Shown here: piece after piece, positions 46,845 through 53,483 of the stretch
Position numbering within the stretch: the stretch's first letter is position 1
Layout of the letters: each line of letters starts with the position of its first letter
Notes under the pieces: model-generated
Told to the model about the DNA's origin: nothing
The model's input: only the letters and a program-made list of their open reading frames with translations
Database searches by the model: none
Position numbers and translations under genes: made by a program
Assembly (NCBI GenBank): GCA_002686365.1
Contig: NZBZ01000020.1
Location: forward strand, 1 to 53,483
DNA from: a bacterium
GTDB taxonomy: Bacteria; Patescibacteriota; Minisyncoccia; UBA6257; GWB1-50-10
Direction: 5' to 3'
DNA length: 53,483 nt

Positions 46845-47827
46845 TGAAAATTTTAATAACAGGAGGCGTTGGATTTATCGGTCTTCATCTAACAAAGCAT
46901 CTTTTGCAGAATGAGGACAATGAAATCACGCTTGCAGACAACTTTTTTCGCGGAGAAAAAGATAAAGAACTGGAGGAGATTTTAAAGAATGACAGAGTAA
47001 CTCTAATCGAGCTTGACCTTACAAATAAGGATGAGTATGAAAAGCTTGGAAATGGATATGATTATATCTATCATTTAGCGGCAGTAAACGGAACCAAGTA
47101 CTTCTATGAAATGCCTGAGGAGGTACTTCGAATAAACATTCTCTCTCTCATCTACATACTTGAATGGATGAGGAGCGAAAACAAAGAGGGGAAGCTTCTA
47201 TTTACCTCATCAAATGAGGCCTATGCAGGAGCAATTGAAGCATTTGGGAAGCTGCCAATTCCAACTCCGGAAAATGTACCGCTTGTTATATCAGATGTTT
47301 ACAATCCTCGCTGGTCCTACGCAGGCACAAAGCTCATTGGCGAGCAGTTTGTTATTCACTACGCAGAAAAATATAAACTAAAAGCAGTAATTGTACGCCC
47401 GCACAACTTTTTTGGTCAAAGAGCGGGCTTCTCACACGTTATTCCGGAGTTTGCCTTGAGAATCGCAGATAAAAAAGACCCGTTTGAAATCTTTGGTACT
47501 GAAGAAACAAGAACATTCTGCTATATAGAAGATGCAGTAGAAGCAATGAAGCTCTTGATGGAAAGTAAAAATACAGATACGCATCCAATTGAGACAGTCC
47601 ACATTGGAGGAGAAGAAGAAATAACAATGGAAGGGCTTGCTGAAAAAATGTTTGAGAGCGCTGGATGGAGACCAAACAAAATTGAGAAAAAAGAAGCGCC
47701 AAAGGGAAGCGTGAAGCGAAGAAAGGCAGACATCACAAAAATTAAAAAACTTGTTGGATGGACACCTAAGACTGCTCTTAAGGAGGGGCTCAAAAAAACC
47801 TACGACTGGTATGCATTACGTTCCTAG
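46844..47827 (+). CDS. NAD-dependent epimerase/dehydratase (extended SDR)
   Basis: TGGVGFIG, HLAAVN, FTSS, YAGTK (YxxxK), RPHNFFG. Confidence 0.92.
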   Translation: MKILITGGVGFIGLHLTKHLLQNEDNEITLADNFFRGEKDKELEEILKNDRVTLIELDLTNKDEYEKLGNGYDYIYHLAAVNGTKYFYEMPEEVLRINILSLIYILEWMRSENKEGKLLFTSSNEAYAGAIEAFGKLPIPTPENVPLVISDVYNPRWSYAGTKLIGEQFVIHYAEKYKLKAVIVRPHNFFGQRAGFSHVIPEFALRIADKKDPFEIFGTEETRTFCYIEDAVEAMKLLMESKNTDTHPIETVHIGGEEEITMEGLAEKMFESAGWRPNKIEKKEAPKGSVKRRKADITKIKKLVGWTPKTALKEGLKKTYDWYALRS

Positions 47828-49410
47828 TTCGCCTTGCCACGCCGAAGCTTTGTTTTGAGGTACTGAATTGATTTAGAGAGAAGCGTCTGCATAAGGCGCT
47901 TTTCTTTTTCATCAAACCATAAAAAGTAGGTGTAGAGCATGCCGAGTATGGTAACTGTAATTCCGAGTCCTATAATCATAAACCAGAGATTAGTTATTGC
48001 GGAAGATAGGATCCAGCCCGCAAGAAGCTGAAGCAGAAAGAGCGGCGCTCCTTTTACAACAAGAAAAACAAAATCTCTCTTTCTTGCCCGTATAACGCGG
48101 AGCGTATTAAGGGGAACAAACCAGAAGTTTATTCCAACCTCCCCAATTAAAAAGCCTAAGGCAACTCCGGCAAGCCCCATGGGCTTAATGAGAACAAGCG
48201 CCAGCAGAAGGCCAATGACAATAGAGGTGATTCGAGAAGCCGCGTACTTGTTGTACTTATTAATAGCAACCTGAAATACAGCATTCGACTCCCATATAGC
48301 GGTTATGGGAATAAGGATAAGAAGAAAGATCCAAAGAGACGGATCAAGGGCAACCTTCCCTCTGGTCCAAAACCGGAGAATATCTTCTCCGCCAAAGAAT
48401 AAAAAGATAGTCGCGGTTATCGAGACAAACAGAATAAACTTCATGAAAAGACTATGAATTCTCCGAAGTTTTTGGTACTCTCCGCGAATTTCTCCGGCAG
48501 TAAGTTCGGGAAGAATAGCGGGAGTTATAACGCTTACAAAGCGTTTTGCTATGTGAGAGAGGGTGCGATGGACACTAAAAACCACAACTTTTGAGGCGCC
48601 AAACACAGCACCGATTAGTATTACGCTTCCCTGCACGTATATCATTCGAGAAAAAGGAATAAGAAGGAAGACGAACCCCGGCTTCAAAAAACTTTTTGCA
48701 AGGCGCCAATCAATACTCACCATTCCGAGGCTCTTTCTGATTTCCGGATGGCGTCTTTGTATATCAAGGCCCGCAAACAATGTAATCCCAATTAGGGTAA
48801 GGAGATAGACGAGCGCAACACTTATAAACTCTCCTCCAAGCACTAAGACAATAACAACAAATAACATCAGAATCAGTTCACGAATGTTGCGAATTGCCGC
48901 CTGCCGAGGATACTCTCCAATTGTGGTATATAAACTGCCCACAAGTCCGCTTAAAACTCCTAAAAGAATATACAGCCCCAAGATAAAAACAGTGATCCGA
49001 ACAGATATTTCTCCGGCAGTATGGATATCAAACAGTTCAAAGAAGGGGAAGAAAATAGCGAGAGCAATGAGAATAATAAAAAAAACAGCGAATATAGAAC
49101 TAAATATTCCAAAAGCGCTTTTTAGTATACGGGCATATTCTTTATGGGCGCCTTTGGCATAGGCCTGAGTAAGACGATTTCTTATATAAGTTCCCATGCC
49201 AAAGTGCGAGGTAGAGAGGTATGCAAGAAGAGAAGAGAGGATAAGCCATTCTCCATATAGCGCCTTGTCCCACGCCCAGAGGAAGATTGGGATAAATACT
49301 ATCTGCTGAAAAACCGTAACTAAATATCCGAGGATATTCATAAAACTGCCAAGCGCAGTTCTCTTGGTTGTTCCGCCTACTGGATAAAGTTTTGCTGAAG
49401 AAGACTTCAT
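47824..49410 (-). CDS. Wzx/MOP-superfamily oligosaccharide flippase
   Basis: ~12-14 TM; YGEWLIL..LL.YL....FG; G...VVVFS... Confidence 0.8.
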   Translation of the reverse strand: MKSSSAKLYPVGGTTKRTALGSFMNILGYLVTVFQQIVFIPIFLWAWDKALYGEWLILSSLLAYLSTSHFGMGTYIRNRLTQAYAKGAHKEYARILKSAFGIFSSIFAVFFIILIALAIFFPFFELFDIHTAGEISVRITVFILGLYILLGVLSGLVGSLYTTIGEYPRQAAIRNIRELILMLFVVIVLVLGGEFISVALVYLLTLIGITLFAGLDIQRRHPEIRKSLGMVSIDWRLAKSFLKPGFVFLLIPFSRMIYVQGSVILIGAVFGASKVVVFSVHRTLSHIAKRFVSVITPAILPELTAGEIRGEYQKLRRIHSLFMKFILFVSITATIFLFFGGEDILRFWTRGKVALDPSLWIFLLILIPITAIWESNAVFQVAINKYNKYAASRITSIVIGLLLALVLIKPMGLAGVALGFLIGEVGINFWFVPLNTLRVIRARKRDFVFLVVKGAPLFLLQLLAGWILSSAITNLWFMIIGLGITVTILGMLYTYFLWFDEKEKRLMQTLLSKSIQYLKTKLRRGKAN

Positions 49411-50177
49411 AGGTTGTTCTGCAGGAACTGAAAAATAATATTCGCATTCTCCTCCCTAGGCTTCCTAGTGTCTATATTAATAAAGGGAGTTGTATTTGTT
49501 TTTTCCAAAATACCAACAATTTTTTTCTTGTTCTCAATATAGTTTTTAAGCATATCACGGTATATATTTCTTGCCTCCTCGCTTTGTCTCAGGCCTTCAC
49601 GGGATTCCTCTGAACCATTCGCTGTTTTTCCAGCAGAAATAAGTCGATTGATAGCTATATCTGCCGGCGCACCAGCAAAGATAAAAATTGTAGTAAGGTC
49701 TTTCCATAAAATTATATTCACCATATCTTTCAGCACAGGATCAAGTTTATGAGAATCAATACGGGAAAAAACAGAATTCCATACAGACTCATCAAAAAGG
49801 TATATATCTGCCTTATTACGCCGTATGAGAAAATTTTGAATAACATAGATGCGGAGAGTATTAAGACACAGCACCAAATCAGTACGACTAAGACGCCACG
49901 GACCAAGTTTGAGAAGAATCAGAAGAATCAATTTGAGAAGAATCAGAAGGACTTTTAATGATGATAAACTCTTAACAGCATAGAGGAGTGGAAGTGTATG
50001 CCTCTTTAGCTTACTGTGGCTTAAAAAGTCCGACTTCTGCATCCAAGCCCAGGATACAAAATTAGAGCCTCGATCATTCATTACGCGCCCTACTTCATGC
50101 GCAACCGCAGTCTTCCCAACGCCAGACATCCCCACAAACACCACGCACAGCTTCTTTCTTTTTGGCAAGTTATCCAT
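49407..50177 (-). CDS. P-loop NTPase, nucleotide-kinase-like
   Basis: GMSGVGKT Walker A; LFDES; AINRL lid-like segment. Confidence 0.7.
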   Translation of the reverse strand: MDNLPKRKKLCVVFVGMSGVGKTAVAHEVGRVMNDRGSNFVSWAWMQKSDFLSHSKLKRHTLPLLYAVKSLSSLKVLLILLKLILLILLKLGPWRLSRTDLVLCLNTLRIYVIQNFLIRRNKADIYLFDESVWNSVFSRIDSHKLDPVLKDMVNIILWKDLTTIFIFAGAPADIAINRLISAGKTANGSEESREGLRQSEEARNIYRDMLKNYIENKKKIVGILEKTNTTPFINIDTRKPREENANIIFQFLQNNL

Positions 50178-50178
50178 C

Positions 50179-51828
50179 TTATTTTATTAAACGTCTGATA
50201 ATAAGCTCCTTTATCTTAGAGGTAAACATAATCCTATTATATGTTGTAGATTTCAGGAACAAGCTGATCTTTTGAAAAAATGAAGGAGTAAATTTTTTGT
50301 GTAAATCATCTACAGTTTTTCTAATCGATTCCATTTCTTTGGGGAAACAGACACGAGCATACTCCCATGCTTCATTTGTATTATCCGTAGAATGGATAAA
50401 GCTGCCGAATTTCTCATCATCAAACTTGCTTCGCATCCTCTTTTTCAGAAGGCTGATTCCATGATATGTTCCTGATCCCATATGTTTTGATTTCATATAC
50501 AAAAAATGCAAATCTAAAACAATAATTGCTGCGCGAGGGAAAAAAAGCGTTTCCTTTCCAGGGCCTCCTCCATCATACCAGTTTCCTCCTCGTAGAGAAT
50601 CAGCAACAACCTTGCGTTCCTTATCACTAAGACGCTTATGACGAACAATATGAAACCTTTCTTTTTTTATGGCATCGAGTATTGGGTGGAATAGTCCCTG
50701 CTGAAATGCCTTTTCTTTTACTATAAAGACACCCAAGCCCATCTCTTTAACATTAGCTCGAGAGAAAAATCTTTGCTTTACCCACTTATTCCAGCCGGCA
50801 ATTCGCGCTAAGGAATCAATGCGCGGACGCCAGCCCTCATTATCTAAATATTCATCAAGCGCCTCCATATTTATATCAACATCTATATTTGCGTCCTTAG
50901 CCATTTTCTGGAGAATACCAGCATAATCACTTTTAGAATTATGAGAAGCAGTTACATTGGGCGTAGTGCTTGGTACGCCAGCCTCTGCGCCCTTGTGATA
51001 CAAAACATGGTAGGTGAAGCTTAAAAACAACTCCTTTGGAGCAGGTATTCGGGATCCAGCCGGACCCTGACGAGCGCTATCCAGAATTTTTCGCGCTATG
51101 GGCGGGGGATAGTATGGCGCATCACTATGCTGTAGACCGGAGACAGACCACATATCTATCTTAATAGAGCCTCGTCGCCGTTCAAGAAAGTCTGTCACCC
51201 TAGGAAGATCCTTATCAGAGACCAGCATGTCTAAATCTCCATCCTTACGATGCAGACGCGGCAGCTTCTCAAAAAACCGCAAAATAACATAGTCAATATT
51301 CTCCTCGCGCAGATAATCCAAAAATCCCTGGACGCCAACCTTTTCTGACAGAGTAAAGCTCGCCCGAAGTTTAGAATTTGAAATTTTCAGCACGAGCCAT
51401 TTTCTGGACTTTCCACGTGCTGGAATTTTGCGTACTCCCTCAATTTTCACCTGCCCTCTTACGATACGTCTTAAGAGGCCGGGAATTCCCAGAATCCAAG
51501 ACGCGCGAGGACGAAGACGCACAAGTATATATTTTGGGCGAGTGGGGAGCCGAATAAACAAAGCTCGAACTGATTTCTTATCCAAAAAACACACCTCATC
51601 ATCACTATGATGTATGTCCGCAATATTCTTATATATATGAAAAGAAAAGTTGTCTGGAGACGCAGTTTCTTTTTTTAATTTGCGCGAAAATATTCGGATT
51701 TGACCAAACTTTTTTCGCATCAGTATTGCAGGAAAATCCTTTTCTAAACAGTCATATAGACCAATATCCCCATGTTCTATGAGGTAATTAAGCAGGTCGT
51801 TATTATCACGATTAGTCAAGTTGTGCAT
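50179..51828 (-). CDS. Multidomain protein: nucleotidyltransferase-like middle plus NDP-kinase-like C-terminus (ORF track starts at 51873)
   Basis: GDLDMLV; GVFIVKE.A...GL...I...I....F.IV; IHSTDNTNEA; TATAAT 6 nt before ATG 51828. Confidence 0.55.
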   Translation of the reverse strand: MHNLTNRDNNDLLNYLIEHGDIGLYDCLEKDFPAILMRKKFGQIRIFSRKLKKETASPDNFSFHIYKNIADIHHSDDEVCFLDKKSVRALFIRLPTRPKYILVRLRPRASWILGIPGLLRRIVRGQVKIEGVRKIPARGKSRKWLVLKISNSKLRASFTLSEKVGVQGFLDYLREENIDYVILRFFEKLPRLHRKDGDLDMLVSDKDLPRVTDFLERRRGSIKIDMWSVSGLQHSDAPYYPPPIARKILDSARQGPAGSRIPAPKELFLSFTYHVLYHKGAEAGVPSTTPNVTASHNSKSDYAGILQKMAKDANIDVDINMEALDEYLDNEGWRPRIDSLARIAGWNKWVKQRFFSRANVKEMGLGVFIVKEKAFQQGLFHPILDAIKKERFHIVRHKRLSDKERKVVADSLRGGNWYDGGGPGKETLFFPRAAIIVLDLHFLYMKSKHMGSGTYHGISLLKKRMRSKFDDEKFGSFIHSTDNTNEAWEYARVCFPKEMESIRKTVDDLHKKFTPSFFQKISLFLKSTTYNRIMFTSKIKELIIRRLIK

Positions 51829-51910
51829 AGTGTGATTATAGGGATAGAAAGAGGCGAAATCAACCGATTTCATAGTTGTAAGTTATTAAAAGCTTTTGTA
51901 TAATCTGGCT

Positions 51911-53290
51911 GTGAAGGAGACTAAAGGAAAAATAAAAAGTTCATTCAGGGATCCTAGCGGATATCTTTTTGAAAAAAACGGAATATTATACCGTGGAATT
52001 GCAGAAAGCTATAAAGAACACTACGAATACGCGAAAAAATGCGGATTTTTTGAGGAGTTGATAAAGGATGGACACCTCATATCGCATAAGGAGGTGGACT
52101 CTAATATTGCAGACAGAGACGTATACAAAGTTATTGAGCCAAAAAGAATACCATTTATCTCCTATCCTTATGAGTGGTGTTTTAGCGAACTTAAAGACGC
52201 AGCCCTTTTAACACTGAAAATTCAAAAAAAGGCGCTCCAATCAGGAATGACTTTAAAAGACGCAAGCGCCTACAACATACAATTTCTGGACGGCAAGCCA
52301 ATACTAATAGACACGCTCTCGTTTGAAAAATATGAGGAGGGCGCGCCATGGATAGGGTATCGGCAGTTCTGTGAGCACTTTTTAGCGCCGCTTGTTCTCA
52401 TGTCTTATAAAGATGTACGGCTGAATACACTAATGCGTATTTTTATTGACGGCATACCGCTTAAACTTGCAAGCGAACTTTTGCCTCGACGAACACTGTT
52501 AAAGCCGTCAACTGCCTTTCATATACATCTTCATGCAAAAAGTCAGGAAAAATTTTCAAAAAAAGAACAAAAGACAACATGGCGAATTTCGAAACACAAG
52601 CTTACAGCTCTCTTAGATAGCTTGGAAAAGGCAGTACAAAAAACAAAGATAAAGAAACAAAGTACAGAATGGGCGGATTATTATGAAGATACAAACTATT
52701 CTTCCGACTCCTTCAAAGAAAAGGAAAGTATTATATCTGACTTTATAAAAAAAACATCTTCAAAAACCGCTTGGGATCTTGGGGCAAACACCGGAGAATT
52801 TAGCAGATTAGCGAGTGAAAAAGAAATCAAAACCGTCTCCTTTGATATTGATCCTATAGCTGTTGAAAAAAACTATCTTACAGTAAAGCGAAAGAAAGAA
52901 AAAAATCTGCTTCCTCTCGTGCTTGACCTTACAAATCCAAGTCCTGATATTGGCTGGAATAATGAAGAACGAATGTCGTTTAGTAGGCGGGGTCCTGTTG
53001 ACCTTGTTTTGGCGCTTGCATTAATCCATCACATTGCCATCTCAAACAACACGCCTCTTAGCATGGTGGCAGAAAGTTTGAGCAAATTATGTACACATCT
53101 GATAATTGAGTTTATTCCAAAGTCAGACTCTCAGGTAAAGAGGCTGTTAAAGACTAGAGAAGATATATTTTTGAATTATAATGAGAAGGCCTTTGAAAAA
53201 GAATTCAGCAGATACTTTACGATAAGCGTAAAGAAAGGCATAAGCGGCTCAGAAAGGTCTTTGTACTTAATGATTAAAAAGAAATCATAA
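51911..53290 (+). CDS. NoeA-like protein: kinase-like N-terminus plus class I SAM methyltransferase (ORF track starts at 51896)
   Basis: SFRDPSG, LKDASAYNIQF, IDTLSF; WDLGANTGEFS; ALALIHH. Confidence 0.75.
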   Translation: MKETKGKIKSSFRDPSGYLFEKNGILYRGIAESYKEHYEYAKKCGFFEELIKDGHLISHKEVDSNIADRDVYKVIEPKRIPFISYPYEWCFSELKDAALLTLKIQKKALQSGMTLKDASAYNIQFLDGKPILIDTLSFEKYEEGAPWIGYRQFCEHFLAPLVLMSYKDVRLNTLMRIFIDGIPLKLASELLPRRTLLKPSTAFHIHLHAKSQEKFSKKEQKTTWRISKHKLTALLDSLEKAVQKTKIKKQSTEWADYYEDTNYSSDSFKEKESIISDFIKKTSSKTAWDLGANTGEFSRLASEKEIKTVSFDIDPIAVEKNYLTVKRKKEKNLLPLVLDLTNPSPDIGWNNEERMSFSRRGPVDLVLALALIHHIAISNNTPLSMVAESLSKLCTHLIIEFIPKSDSQVKRLLKTREDIFLNYNEKAFEKEFSRYFTISVKKGISGSERSLYLMIKKKS

Positions 53291-53297
53291 ACATGAA

Positions 53298-53394
53298 TCC
53301 CTCACATAACCCATGGAGACAACCACCATATCGTCGAAAACATGTTAGCTGTACACGTCCAAGAAATCTTGGAATGTGTACGTTATGTGAGGGA
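53298..53394. mobile_element. Start-codon palindromic element, family B
   Basis: Co-linear with 35604-35700 with few substitutions; leader ORF 53293-53397. Confidence 0.78.
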
Positions 53395-53483
53395 TGAAGA
53401 ATTGGATTACAAAACTGTTGTATTTACTGCAGGCTATTCTGCAAAAGAGGGATAAGGCCTGCCCATACTGCCTTTATTCTCCG
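53394..53483 (+). CDS. Partial CDS running off the window (MKNWITKLLYLLQAILQKRDKACPYCLYSP)
   Basis: Open frame from the element-regenerated ATG to the window end; CxxC present. Confidence 0.55.
   Translation, partial: MKNWITKLLYLLQAILQKRDKACPYCLYSP

Noticed and set aside
35604-53394. Family-B elements as integron attC sites (ACATAAC...GTTATGT resembles the R''/R' cores)
   Set aside because: No intI in the window; family A has the cores in the opposite order; pairing extends perfectly beyond the core; the TGAR duplication and start-codon position fit insertion elements better. Not fully excluded without IntegronFinder.
1-53483. UGA recoding (genetic code 25)
   Set aside because: Recognisable genes are full length under code 11, and several end at TGA with ATGA coupling.
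1-53483. Prophage, autonomous IS, DGR or retron
   Set aside because: No integrase, transposase, reverse transcriptase or virion gene was recognisable, and no template/variable repeat pair was seen.

Overview
Bacterial chromosomal segment, most consistent with Patescibacteria/CPR (Parcubacteria-like). This is inferred from the gene content, the near absence of Shine-Dalgarno motifs on native genes, and many -10 boxes sitting 6-7 nt before start codons. Positions 1-20 kb hold hup, an ECF sigma/anti-sigma operon, six tRNAs (Gly, His, Phe, Thr, Val, Arg), a VUT-family queuosine-precursor transporter, arfB, an ABC transporter and many accessory genes. Positions 20-30 kb hold a cysteine desulfurase, a SIMPL protein, clpB and a large S-layer-like protein. 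Positions 30-53 kb are a surface-glycosylation cluster. Three non-coding systems stand out. (1) Six ~95-126 bp palindromic elements are each inserted into a start codon with a TGAR duplication; each regenerates the ATG and carries a short ORF whose TGA overlaps that ATG. (2) Four different tRNAs are followed by a modular tail of hairpin, antisense T-arm and duplicated tRNA 3' end. (3) Downstream of tRNA-His this tail expands into a ~4.6 kb array in which cargo genes alternate with structured spacers. No integrase, transposase, Cas or reverse transcriptase gene was recognised. All product calls come from motif recognition by eye, not from database searches.
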